A stretch of 64,000 bases of DNA from contig OZ336877.1 of NCBI GenBank assembly GCA_965287045.1, positions 88,474,001-88,538,000 of the forward strand, in the 5' to 3' direction. Position numbers and translations under genes: made by a program. Below, one piece after another: positions 12,952 to 25,004 of the stretch. The stretch is from Carcharhinus amblyrhynchos (taxonomy: Eukaryota). The notes beneath the pieces were generated by a model. That model was not told where the DNA came from, did not search any database, and was given only the letters and a program-made list of their open reading frames with translations. The number at the start of each line of letters is the position of its first letter. Position 1 is the stretch's first letter.

Positions 12952-13458
12952 CATTCGGTCCAGCTGTGCCTCCAATTGAAATTTCTCATCCTTATGTTCG
13001 AATCCTTCCATGTCCTCACCCCACTCTATCTTGATAATCCCCTACAGCCCTCTGAAAGCTCACCATTCCTTTAATTCTGATGTCTAGCACATTCTTCACT
13101 CCTTTTGCTAACTAGAAACAGTTCCTCATCTCTGCTCTACCTCTGCCACCCATCCTTCCCCTTTTGAAACTCTCTTCCTAAATCACTTCCATTTTAAACT
13201 CTTAATTCTTATTTTCAAATGGTTTCTTAAACTTTTTTCATCCACTCTTACAGCCTCATTCCCTAGCAATCTAGCAATATTTCCCTCACAACTGATAACT
13301 ATATATTTTCTTCCCATAAAAACATTGTACTGTATAGTATTTTCCTAAAGAACTGTGTAGTATATAGTAAATTATCTAATTTTGTACATGCTTATACTGA
13401 GAATTGTGTCTAGGATCTTGGGTAACAAAGCTAATGTTGCTGTTTCCTCCTGTCCTAG

Positions 13459-13593
13459 ATGTTTTCATATCTTCTGATGTCTGCATCTACTTTTGCCTTT
13501 ATAATGATGTGGGAGATTAGCCATTATGTATTATTTGTACAAGCCCTCAGTGTTTTCCTGTTGGATTGCCTGGATCTAATTCAAAGCCGCAAG
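13459..13593 (+). CDS. DPY19L4: DPY19L4 coding exon B
   Basis: cctag|ATG...AAG|gtatgt; 135 nt, phase 0/0; [45 protein letters not shown]. Confidence 0.93.
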
Positions 13594-14048
13594 GTATGTG
13601 GGAAATAAATTCTTCTTGGGGAAGAAAGAGGGGCTGAAAAAGCTCCCCCTTAGATCAGATTAAGTTAATCAGAACTGATCAGTACATATTGACCATGTTG
13701 CATTTTGGTAACGGTGGTGGTCAAGGTTAATTAATTTGCAAATTGTTACAAATGTACTGAAGGAAAATCTTGTAATTGTGGAATGTGCTTGGTGATGTCA
13801 AGGCTTGGCAGTCTGAACTTTTGTCACCATGTTCCTCTAGTTGATGTAGAAACTGGCTGTAAAAGCAACTGAATCAGATGGATTGTGTGACACTGACTCA
13901 GAACTGTACTTCCCAGCCCAAGAAGTGTTAATGTTGCTGGGTCTAGCATGATTGCTCCAAAACCCAAAGCATGTTGATTGACCCTAGCTGGAATCTTTTG
14001 CAAGCAAATGGGTTTAATGCTTGTATCACTGTGAAATGGACTGCACGC

Positions 14049-14347
14049 GGGGTGGCACCGTGGCACAGTGGTTATTACTGCTGCCTCACAGCGCCAGGGG
14101 CCAGGGTTCGATTTCCAGCTTGGATCACTATCTGTGCAGAGTCTGCACGTTCTCCTTGTGTCTGCATAGGTTTCCTCTGGGTGCTCCAGTTTCCTCCCAC
14201 TGTCCCACAGATTAGGTGCATTGGCCATGCTAAATTGTCCCCCAGTGTACCCGAACAGGTGCCGGAATGTGGTGACAGGGGGGATTTTCACAGTAACTTC
14301 ATTGCGGTGTTATGTAAGTCTACTTGTGACGCTGATAAATAAACTTA
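14049..14347 (+). mobile_element. tRNA-derived SINE (AATAAATAAA-type tail)
   Basis: tRNA head, core, gtaacttcattgcggtg...ataaataaactt tail. Confidence 0.9.
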
Positions 14348-14639
14348 AAAAAAAATCAGACTCTCTGGCTTCATCTGAGACTCTTGGGTTGTGCAAAACA
14401 GGCACATAACAATAATACATATTTGTCTATATGCAATTGTGTGTACTGACTTGTAGAAGATAGCACTTGATTAGAGATTCTTTTGTGCTGGTTGGTTGGG
14501 AAGATACAATATCAACAAAAGAGTGAATGAATTCAGTAATTGCATTCCTGGGCATTACCAATAACTTGGAACATTTAGTTGGGTACTGCATTATTTTCTA
14601 TAGTGCAGTAGGTAGGACTGCAGGATTGTTAAACAGTTT

Positions 14640-14748
14640 TGAATGAAATTTTACAGCCGCTTCCGCCAACAGAATTTTCTGGTTCTGAATGCCTCTCCAC
14701 ATTTTTCAGCCCCAGCTACACTGTGGCAGGGCTGTAATATTCTGCCCT
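14640..14748. mobile_element. short MITE-like remnant
   Basis: imperfect terminal inverted repeats aattttacagcc / ggctgtaatatt. Confidence 0.4.
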
Positions 14749-15161
14749 GTGAAACAGAAAGCTAAAATGATGGACTTCATGATTGTCCTCAATCGGTCTG
14801 GATTATTAATGCAAGTTTTGGAGAGTTTTCCGTATTCATTTACAAGCTGAAATCTTCCAAATCCAATACACCATATTTGTGAGGTTTTTTTTTCTGATTC
14901 TGTTTATCTTTATAAAGTGGGTTGCAGAAAGCAAAATACATATTTTATAAAAAATTCTAAAAACCAACACAATGCATGATAATTATTTTTGTCACCTGCC
15001 TGAGTAGAAATAATAAAATATACTGAACACAGAGTCTTTCGCTGTGTCTGTGTGCGAGTGCGTGCGTGTGCTTGTGTAGTTTTTTTAATCTTTTATGTTA
15101 GTGTAGGGATGCAGTTGTAGTTGTGAAATGGTTAAGGATGATTCTTGGTTTTCTGTTGTAG

Positions 15162-15293
15162 GTGACTGATGTCTACAGGATGTATTTAGTGTGCCTTGCA
15201 CTGGGATATTTTATCCAGTTCAGGAACTCTGCCTTGTTGGCTTCCCCATTGTTAAGCTTCATTGGTGGCTCTCACCTTGCAAAGTACATTCAG
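15162..15293 (+). CDS. DPY19L4: DPY19L4 coding exon C
   Basis: tgtag|GTG...CAG|gtaata; 132 nt; VTDVYRMYLVCLALGYFIQFRNSALLASPLLSFIGGSHLAKYIQ. Confidence 0.92.
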
Positions 15294-16597
15294 GTAATAG
15301 TTTTGGCTTTGAAACTCCTTCATTTAGTTTTAACATTTTGATTAGTGCTGATTTCATATTTGACAATTTAATAAAAGCCAGCTTTGTTGGTTGTGATGCT
15401 TTGGCCCAGATTTTCAGTGTAAAGGTTAGAATCTCAAGTTGGACTATTTTCCAATGTTGCTATCCTAACACCTGCCCGGCAGTGCCCATCTCTGCTATTT
15501 TCATGGCAACCGGATGTGGATGGGCTGGAGTTGAGGCCATGCCTCCGGAAGCAGGCTTGAGGTAGGAATAGAGGTGGACAATGTTGAGGCAGGCAGGGTA
15601 GAAGGTCTGCCTCCATTCACAGTGTCCTCGGCCCAGTTCTGTCCATGTGTTAGACACCTTAGATCTCACCTCTCCTTGCTCAGCCTCCACCCATTCCCAT
15701 GCCCTGTACATACACGTTCATTCTCCCACTTATTTCCTGTCCCATACACGTAACATAGACAGAATTCATGATCTCTCTAGTAACATTGGGAAGACCTTGC
15801 AATGCTCATGAAACTGTCAGAATAAACAAATTTCCATTCAAAAGATTCTTCAAAAACATAACACTTTTAGGAGCTCACGAAGCTCAAAACAAAGATCACT
15901 GTAACTTTGACGGTTCCATCAACAACCCTAATTAGCTGAACCCTTTTGTGGGGTTTAGAGCACAGCCAAGTGTTCATAATGCAATTCCGTTGCAGAACTG
16001 TGGCAACAATACCTCCAGAATGCATTAAAAATAATGGAACAGTTGGGCTGTCAATCAAAGAACTGAACCAGCTGTTCCACAGCTTCAAAGGTTGAGCAGG
16101 TGTCTGGGCTGTCAATCAGGTAAGTCCACCATCTGTCCAAGTATTTCAAAGGCTGAACAATGGCTTCTTGGTCAATCAATGTAAAAATCTAGTCACAGGG
16201 CGCAGCTGACACATTGAAATCTTGGATCTTGATACTCATTAATGTAGAGAAGCACTTTATCCACTAAATAAATTAATGCATCTGAAGACTTTCTGCTTTC
16301 ACATTGTTTGTCAATCTAATAATGGTCACTTACCTTCTCTAAACCAATCCCTATCATCAATCACTGCATTTAAAACATACCTAATTTATCATACAACATC
16401 TAGTAATGATATATGAAGTTGTCAACACCTTTTGAACTTCCCAGTCACAAGGTTCCAACTCCAGACTAGGATTCCCAATGACACCTCTGAGGTGTCATGA
16501 ACCGTGCTATCATCGAAAGCCTGGCTCTATGAAAATAGTGGGGGGTCTAAATGCCCACCCCTGCAATAGAATAGGCAAAGACGAGATTATAAAACAA

Positions 16598-17346
16598 CAT
16601 AGAAGATAGGAGGAGGCCCTTTGAGCTTATTCTGCCATTTATTACGATCATAGCTGATCATCCAACTCACTTCTGAGCCTAATTCTGCTTTCTCCCCTTA
16701 CCTTTGATCCCATTCGCCCCAAATGCTATATCCAGCCGCCTCTTGAATGCATTCAGTGTTTTGGCATTGACTACTTCCTGCGATAATGAATTCCACAGGC
16801 TCACCACTCTTTGGGTGAAAGAATGTCTCCTCACCTCCATCCTAAATGGTCTACCCTGAATCCTCAGGCTGGGACCCCTGATTCTGGACTCATCCATCAT
16901 TGGGAATATCCTCCCTGCATCCCCCCTACCTAGTCTTGTTAGAATTTTATAAGTCTCTAAGATCTCCCCTCATTTGTCTGAACTCCAGCAAAAACAACCC
17001 TAACCTAGTCAATCTCCTCATACGTCAGTCCCGCCAACCCCGGAATCAGCCTGATAAACCTTCACTGCATTCCCTCAAGTGCAGGAACATCCTTCTTCAG
17101 AAAAGGAGACCAAAACTGCACACAATGCTCTAGGTTTGGCCTCACCAAGGCCCTATATAATTGCAACAACACATCGCTGTTCCCGTATTCAAAACCCCTC
17201 ACAATGAAGGCCAACATGCCATTTGCCTTTTTTACTGTCTGCTGCATCTGCGTGCTTACCTTCAGTGACTGGTGCACAAGGACACCCAGGTTCTGCTGCA
17301 CACTCCCCTCTTCCAATTTACAGCCATTCAGGCAGTAATCTGCCTT
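16598..17346 (-). mobile_element. CR1 LINE 3' fragment
   Basis: minus ORFs LGVLVHQSLKVS..LYRALVRPNLEHCVQFWSP and FTQRVVSLWNSL; 3'UTR hairpin region. Confidence 0.9.
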
Positions 17347-17633
17347 TGAGATTGTTGCATTATGACCCGCATTCTTATCCTACACCCTTAAAAACGCTAA
17401 ACGGCAGGAATGGGGAAAGGAACCTTGCAACTAGGGCCTGCCATTTTTATATCCGGCCCAACTCTGTTCTGATGTGGCAGGGGCATGAAAGTCCAACCCT
17501 GTATTTTGAGTAGCATTGATCATAGAAGCAGTCAAATTTGCTTTATGAAGGAGAATTAGTTGAAAATGTCATGAGCTGTGATACAACTACTAGAGGTGTT
17601 TAAAACTAACTAATTTCCCCTTTTATTTAACAG

Positions 17634-17735
17634 CAAAACCTGAAAAAAGGTCACTTTGCAGCCAGGCTGATGAAATTGTTGCTTCATTTCTACTTGGTGT
17701 TCACAGTTTCAGTCACTTTAAATCTTGTAATAAAG
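17634..17735 (+). CDS. DPY19L4: DPY19L4 coding exon D
   Basis: aacag|CAA...AAG|gtaagt; 102 nt; QNLKKGHFAARLMKLLLHFYLVFTVSVTLNLVIK. Confidence 0.92.
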
Positions 17736-18479
17736 GTAAGTATGATCTCTTGCAGTCGGGTATGTAGTTTTGTCATTATTATTTTGCACTTCATTTGCTG
17801 AAGACCAGATTATTCTTTATTTCAGTAACACACAGAGCTAAATAGCCTACTCTTGCCCCGAAGGCTTTGTTCTTCATGGCATGTCCCTCATGCAGATAAA
17901 GACTTTCTGTTTGTTTGCATGGCAAACATTGAGTAACCTTGTCACAAATATCTGGAATAAGCTTTATGTAAGGATGAAACCTTACATAATTATTGCACAA
18001 TATTATGTTTACCCTGTATTGAATATTTCTAGATATTTAAAATTTTGAATTTGCCACATTCCTCTCCTGAGAAGAGGTCTACTTGTCATGACATTTACCT
18101 TCATTGAAGGAGCCATTCTTTATTTGTGACGAAAAATAAGACAATGAGTATTGATATTCAGGTCTTCTTGGGTAGCAGCACAGCTAAGCCTAATGCTATG
18201 CTCATTCAAAGTGCCTTCCAGTGAGTATGGCTGGATAGCAGTCAGGATTGTTTCTCTTTTTACCCCCTCTAATTCACTACATTGAGGTCAATTGTGTCAT
18301 CGCCAATCTTATCCTGGCTCACTTCATATCTCTCTGTTTTTGTTCTGTCATTCTCATTTTAACAGCAACACCATTCATTTCTTGAAGCTTCATGGTTGGA
18401 TCTTAGAGTAGAAAGTTGCCCTGTTTTGTGGCATGTCAGTATGTTTCTGATTCTCGAGTTTGAGAGGAACTCAGCAAGC

Positions 18480-18760
18480 TCCTTAGGCAGCACCATCCAA
18501 ACCCATGACTACGACCATCCAAGAAGACAAGGGCAGCAGATACCCGAGGTTTTCCTCCAAGCCGCTTGCCGTCCTGACTTGGAACTCCATCACTGTTGCT
18601 GGGTTAAAATCCAGGAACTCCCTCCCTACCAGCACTGTGGATGTACCTACACCATAGGGACTGCAGCAGTTCAAAAAAGCAGCTCACCTCCCTCTTTTCA
18701 AGAGCAACTTGGGATGGACAATAAATGCTGGCCTAGCCAGTGATGCCCACATCTTGTAAA
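18480..18760 (+). mobile_element. old CR1-like LINE 3' tail
   Basis: sense copy of the tail family also seen on the minus strand at 25005 and 33680 (caataaatgctggcctagccagtgatgcccacatc). Confidence 0.65.
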
Positions 18761-21700
18761 CAAATGTTTGCAAAAACCTGAGTGCAGTTTTATTCCCTAT
18801 TTAGACATTCTTTCCTGAAAAAAAGTTGCTTGCATTCACTGGACTTGAATGCATGCAAAAAGTTTACTTTGTAAACTGTGTGGGTTAAGTAGAAGATCGG
18901 TTTTGTGTGAAGATCCTTCACACAAGCATCACCTTGACATTGTGCTGGGAATAATGGTTGACTTTTTTTGCACTCCCTATACTTCGGCCAACTGATAACC
19001 CTGCCGCTCCTATCCTGATTGAGATCTTGCGTTGTATCTTTTCCGCTTATTGCTGGAGTAAGGTTTTGTGTAATTGTATACAGTGCCCATTATTTCTGGC
19101 TGGTCCTAGCCATAGAGGGTAAGCACTTATAGGCTATTTCAACTGTGGAGGGCACCCCAGCCAAACCCAGTCCCATCCTAATCCAATGTTTAAATTTACG
19201 TACTTTACAATGGACCATAATCGTGAATAGAAACCTTGTCTAATTTTAGTTTCTGTAGCCCAAGAACCAGTTACAACAACCTAAATGATCTCCAGCCAAG
19301 ATCAGCTAACTGAACACAAATAAGAAATTAAATCCTGGATTTCTGGTCTGAATGGTTCAGTATTTTGCTGATTAATAGGCAAAATTCTACTTGAACTATT
19401 TTTCATCCCTGAATATTTTCATTTTGTATTTGCAGCACCGTGATTCTTTTGATTTTAAAACAATGGATTGATCCCCATGTGTATTGATGACAGAAAATAT
19501 AACACAAAAGGGAGATGATTATGTACAAAGAGATTGTCTCATTTGCCAGAAAGCTAAGTACTGAAGAAATGTGAATATTTCTCAGCGTAATTTCTGACAA
19601 AAATTAGAATAGTGAAATAGTGAAACATAAGGAAAAAAATCTATTTCAGAATGGCGAAGCAAAAAATCATCATATGAATCTCTTCTTTGATTGGATTGTA
19701 TATTCTTCCCAGTTAACTGAATCTCTTTTTAGAAGACAAATACCATTTTTTGTTCAAAGAACAAATAACAGTACAGCACAGGAAAAGGCTCTTTGGCCCA
19801 CCAAGTCTGGGCCCACACAGATGCCTCTCTAATCTAATATATTCTTGCCTCCACTTAGTCTATATCCCTCTATTCCCCACCTATTCATGTATCTATCCAG
19901 ATGCCTCTTGAACATTGCTGTACAATCTGCTTCCACCACCTCCTCTGGCAGTGCGTTCCAGGCATTCACCATCCTCTTTGTAAAAAACCTGCCCCTTGCA
20001 TCTCTTTTAAACTTCCCCCTTCTCACTTTCAACCTACACCCTCGAGTCATTAACTCTTCGACCCTGGGAAAAAGATTTTGACTATCCACTCTACCTTTCT
20101 TCATAGCCCATATCCTCCAAACCAGGCAACATCCTGGTAAATCTCTTCTGCACACTTTCCAATGCACCAGTATCCTTCCAGTAATGTGGTGCCCAGAACT
20201 GTACAGGATGCACGGGGAGATGTAATAACTGGAAATGAAAAAATAGCTGAGGCATTGAATAGGTATTTTGTGTCGGTCTTCATAGTGGAAGACACAAGTA
20301 ATGGCTTTACCCTCATCCACCTCTTTGGTCACTTTCTCAAAGAATTCAATAAGGTTTGTGAGGCACGACCTACCCTTCACAAAACCGTGTTGACTATCCC
20401 TAATCAACTTATTCCTTTCTAGATGATTATAAATCCTGTCTCTTACAATATTTTCCAAAACTTTGCCCACAACAGAAGTAAGGCTCACTGGTCTATAATT
20501 ACCAGAGTTGTCTGTACTCCCCTTCTTGAACAGGGGGACAACATTTGCTATCCTCCAGTCTTCTGGCACTATTCCTGTAGACAATGATGACATAAAGATC
20601 AAAGCCAAAGGCTCTGTAATCTCCTCCCTAGCTTCCCAGAGAATCCCAGGATAAATCCCATGTGGCTGAGGGGACTTATCTATTTTCACACCTTCAGAAT
20701 TGCTAACACCTCCTCCTTATGAATCTCCATCCCGACTCATCTAATAGCCTGTATTTCAATATTCTCCTTGACAACATCGCCTTTTTCCTGTGTGAATACT
20801 GATGAAAAATATTCACTTAGCCCCTCTCCTACCTCTTCAGACTCCACGCACAACTTCCCACTACTATCCTTCACTGGCCCTAATCTTACCCTAGTCATTC
20901 TTTTATTCCTGACATATCTATAGAAAGCTTTAGGGTTTTCCTTGATCCTACCTGCCAAAGACTTCTCATGTCCCCTCCTGGCTGTTCTTAGCTCTCTCTT
21001 TAGGTCCTTCCTGGCTAACTTGTAACTCTCAAGCGCCCTAACTGAGCCTTCATGTCTCATCTTTACATAATTTTCTTTCTTCCTCTTCACAAGAGATTCA
21101 ACTTCTTTAGTAAACCACGGTTCTCTCGCTCGACCATCTTCCTGTCTGCCTGGCAGGTACATACTTATCAAGGACATGCAGTAGCTGTTCCATGAACAAG
21201 CTCCACATTTCAATTGTGCCCATCCCCTGCAGTTTTCTTCCACATCCTATGCATCCTAAATCTCACCTAATCACATCATAATTTCCTTTCCCCCAGCTAT
21301 AACTCTGCGGTGTATACCTAATCTTTCCATCGCTAAAGTAAATGTAACCGAATTGTGGTCACTATCACCAAAGTGCTCTCCTACCTTCAAATCTAACACC
21401 TGGCTTGGTTCATTACCCAGTACCAAATCCAATGTGGCCTTGCCTCTTATTGGCCTATCTATATACTGTGTCAGGAAACCCCCCTGCACACATTGGACAA
21501 AAACTGACCCCTCTAACATACTCGAACCATAGCATTTCCTGTCAATATTTGTAAAGTTAAAGTCCCTCATAACAACTACCCTGTTACTTTCATTCCTATC
21601 CAGAATCATCTTTGCAATCCTTTCCTCTACATCTGCTGGAACTGAAAACTCCCAACAGGGTGACCTCTCCTTTCCTGTTTCTAACCTCAGCCCATACTAC

Positions 21701-22213
21701 CTCAGTAGACGAGCCCTCATCAAACATCCTTTCTGCCACCATAATACTGTCCTTGACTAACAATCCATACCTCCCCTCTTTTACTACCTTCCCTGATCTT
21801 ACTGAAACATCTAAACCCTGGAACCTGCAACAACCATTCCTGACCCTGCTCTGTTGTGGCCATGTCTCTGAAATGGCCACAACATCAAAGTCCCAGGTAC
21901 CAATCCGTGCTGCAAGTTCACCCACCTTATCCTGGATGCTCCTGGCGTTGAAGTAGACACACTCCGAGCCACCTTCCTGCCTGTCGGTACACTCCTGTGA
22001 CCTTGAAACCATATTCATGACTTCTCTACTCTCAACCTCCTATACACTGGAGCTACAATTCAGGTTCCCATCCTCCTGCTGAATTAAACCCTCCCGAAGA
22101 GCATTAGCAAATTTCTTTCCCAGGGTATTGGTACCCCTGTGGTTCAGGTGTAGACACAGTAAAAAGTCTGACAACACCAGGTTTTAGTCCAACCTATTTA
22201 TTTGATAATATTC

Positions 22214-22251
22214 TCACTAGCTTTCGAGGGGACAGCCTCTTCGTCAGGTGA
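22214..22251 (-). ncRNA. minimal type I hammerhead ribozyme motif (mirror copy)
   Basis: exact reverse complement of 23766-23803. Confidence 0.82.
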
Positions 22252-23765
22252 ATGGAGAGTTCTGGCCTCAGACAGAGCATATAAAGCACAGACAGTTTAG
22301 AGATTACTGATTAAAATGCGAATCCTTACACCTAACCTGCTGTTCAAGACCTGAAGTGGCTGACAATGTGAGTGGTAGGAGCACTGATCACAGTTTAAAG
22401 AGATGTGTATTGTCTCCAGACAGTACAGTAAGTGAGGTTTTGCAAACCCAGGCAAGTCACGGGGGTTACAGATAGTGCGACATGAACCCAAGATCCCTGT
22501 TGAGACCGTCCTCATGTGTGCGGAACTTGGCTATCAGTCTCTGCTCAGCGACTCTGCGCTGTCGTGTGTCGTGAAGGCCGCCTTGGAGAATGCTTACCCG
22601 AAGGTCAGAGGCTGAATGCCCGTGACCACTGAAGTGTTCGCCAACAGGAAGGGAACAGTCTTGCCTGGTGACTGTCGAGCGATGTTCATTCATCCGTTGT
22701 CGTAGCGTCTGCATGGTCTCCCCAATGTACCATGCTTCGGGACATCCTTTCTTGCAACGTATCAGGTAGACAATGTTGGCCGAGTTGCAAGAGTATTTAC
22801 CATGTACCTGGTGGATGGTATTCTCACGTGTGATGATGGTGTCCATGTCGATGATCCGGCATGTCTTGCAGAGGTTGCTGTGACAGGGTTGTGTGGTATT
22901 GTGGTCACTGTTCTCCTGAAGGCTGGGTAGTTTGCTGCGAACAATGGTCTGTTTGAGGTTGTGTGGTTGTCTGAAAGCAAGAAGTGGGGGTGTGGGGATG
23001 GCCCTGGCGCCAGGGCCATCCCCACACCCCCACTTCTTGCTTTCAGACAACCACACAACCTCAAACAGACCATTGTTCGCAGCAAACTACCCAGCCTTCA
23101 GGAGAACAGTGACCACAATACCACACAACCCTGTCACAGCAACCTCTGCAAGACATGCCGGATCATCGACATGGACACCATCATCACACGTGAGAATACC
23201 ATCCACCAGGTACATGGTGAATACTCTTGCAACTCGGCCAACATTGTCTACCTGATACGTTGCAAGAAAGGATGTCCCGAAGCATGGTACATTGGGGAGA
23301 CCATGCAGACGCTACGACAACGGATGAATGAACATCGCTCGACAGTCACCAGGCAAGACTGTTCCCTTCCTGTTGGCGAACACTTCAGTGGTCACGGGCA
23401 TTCAGCCTCTGACCTTCGGGTAAGCATTCTCCAAGGCGGCCTTCACGACACACGACAGCGCAGAGTCGCTGAGCAGAGACTGATAGCCAAGTTCCGCACA
23501 CATGAGGACGGTCTCAACAGGGATCTTGGGTTCATGTCGCACTATCTGTAACCCCCGTGACTTGCCTGGGTTTGCAAAACCTCACTTACTGTACTGTCTG
23601 GAGACAATACACATCTCTTTAAACTGTGATCAGTGCTCCTACCACTCACATTGTCAGCCACTTCAGGTCTTGAACAGCAGGTTAGGTGTAAGGATTCGCA
23701 TTTTAATCAGTAATCTCTAAACTGTCTGTGCTTTATATGCTCTGTCTGAGGCCAGAACTCTCCAT

Positions 23766-23803
23766 TCACCTGACGAAGAGGCTGTCCCCTCGAAAGCTAG
23801 TGA
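23766..23803 (+). ncRNA. minimal type I hammerhead ribozyme motif (PLE-type)
   Basis: stem I tcac/gtga, core CUGACGA, stem II gagg/cctc, GAAA, palindromic AGCU stem III, predicted cut after CUA (23799). Confidence 0.82.
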
Positions 23804-24384
23804 GAATATTATCAAATAAATAGGTTGGACTAAAACCTGGTGTTGTCAGACTTTTTACTGTGTTTACGCCAGTCCAACGCCGGCATACCCACATCATGAC
23901 TACTATCGTTCAGGTGTAGACCATCCCATTTGTAGAGGCCCCACTTACCCCAGAATGAGACCCAATTATCCAGGTATCTGAATCGCTCCATCCTGTACCA
24001 TCCCTGTAGCCACATGTTCAACTGCTCTCTCTCTCCCTATTCCTCGGCTTGCTAGCACATGGCATGGGCAACAAACCAGAGATAACAACTCTGTTTGTTC
24101 TAGCTCTAAGCTTCCACCCTAACTCCTTTAATTTCTGCCTTACATCCCCATCCCTTTTTCTACTTATGTCGTTGGTGCCTTTATGGACCACGACTTGTGG
24201 ATGGTCCCCCTCCCCTTAAAGATCCCGAAAACATGATCTGAGACATCACGGATCCTGGCACCTGGGAGGCAACACACCAACCGCAAGTCTCCCTTGTTCC
24301 CACAGAATCTCCTATCTGTCCCCCTAACTATGGGGTCCCCAGTGACTAATGCTCTACTCCTTTTATATCTGTTTTATCAGCTCA

Positions 24385-24715
24385 CTTCAGATTCCATATG
24401 ACTTTATCTTCTGCATCAGCCTGTCTTGAGGAACCTTATCAAAAGCTTTACTAAAGTCCATGTATACAGCATCCACTGCTCTGTCCTGGTCAATTTTTCT
24501 TGTCACTTCTTCAAAGGACTCAATCAAGTTTGTGAGACACGACCTCCCCTTCACAAATCCATGCTGCCTATCATCAATAAGCCTATTCTTTTCCAGATGT
24601 GAGTGCATCCTATCCTAAGAATCTTCTCCAATAATTTCCCCACCACTGATGTAAGGCTCACAGGCCTGCAATTTCCTGGATTGTCTCTTCTGCCCTTCTT
24701 GAACAGAGGAACAAT
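24385..24715 (-). mobile_element. CR1 RT fragment
   Basis: QHGFVKGRSCLTNLIESFEEVT..VYMDFSKAFDKVP. Confidence 0.9.
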
Positions 24716-24769
24716 TCAATTAAGCGATGTGGACTTTGCTAACTAGTCCAGCATTCAGTGCCCATCCAT

Positions 24770-25002
24770 AATGATGTTAGGGGTAGGTTTTTCACTCAGA
24801 GGGTGGTGAGTGAATGGAATTGGCTGCCGTCAGTGGTGGTGGAGGCGAACTCGCTGGGGTCTTTTAAAAGACTTCTGGATGAGTATATGGGATTTAATGG
24901 GATTGGGGGTTATAGAAAGGTCTATGGATTGGTAGGTATTGATGTGATCGGTGCAACTTGTGGGCCGAAGGACCTGTTTGTGCTGTAGTGTTCTATGTTC
25001 TA
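24770..25002 (+). mobile_element. CR1 3' end
   Basis: DVRGRFFTQRVVSEWNWLP.. then gttctatgttctat tail. Confidence 0.88.
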
Positions 25003-25004
25003 TA

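Larger units (their letters stand above)
22156..23907. mobile_element. fold-back Penelope-like (Neptune-type) element insertion no.2; perfect 1.71 kb palindrome
   Basis: arms 22154-23008 / 23009-23863, no spacer, one mismatch seen (22798/23219); each arm encodes Cys motif CHSNLCKTC and GIY-YIG domain NIVYLIRC...WYIGETMQTLRQRMNEH; about 44-nt tail on right only; 14-bp TSD gttcaggtgtagac (22142-22155 / 23908-23921). Confidence 0.96.
19755..24362 (-). mobile_element. long degenerate CR1 LINE (ORF1 esterase region, APE endonuclease, partial RT, 3'UTR) split by the Penelope palindrome
   Basis: ORF1 SGNH-like WVSFWGKWGLYKWDGLHLN; EN YFNARSI..ISETW..DFNF..LDLVLGN..SDHNSV; RT NYRPVSLTSVVGKVLE..QHGFVKGRSCLTNLIEFFE; tail (gttcttt)-like at 19755; internal deletion with an inverted piece at about 20207-20302. 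Confidence 0.93.

Noticed and set aside
22466-23551. Two overlapping 196-aa ORFs as a bidirectional gene pair
   Set aside because: They are mirror products of the palindrome; the N-terminal 16 or so residues come from the antisense arm, the start is not ATG, and only the 5'-truncated PLE endonuclease part is real
22154-23863. Palindrome as a pure assembly fold-back artefact
   Set aside because: The host CR1 continues correctly on both sides, there is a 14-bp TSD and a one-sided tail, and two older analogues exist in the window; read-level confirmation is still desirable
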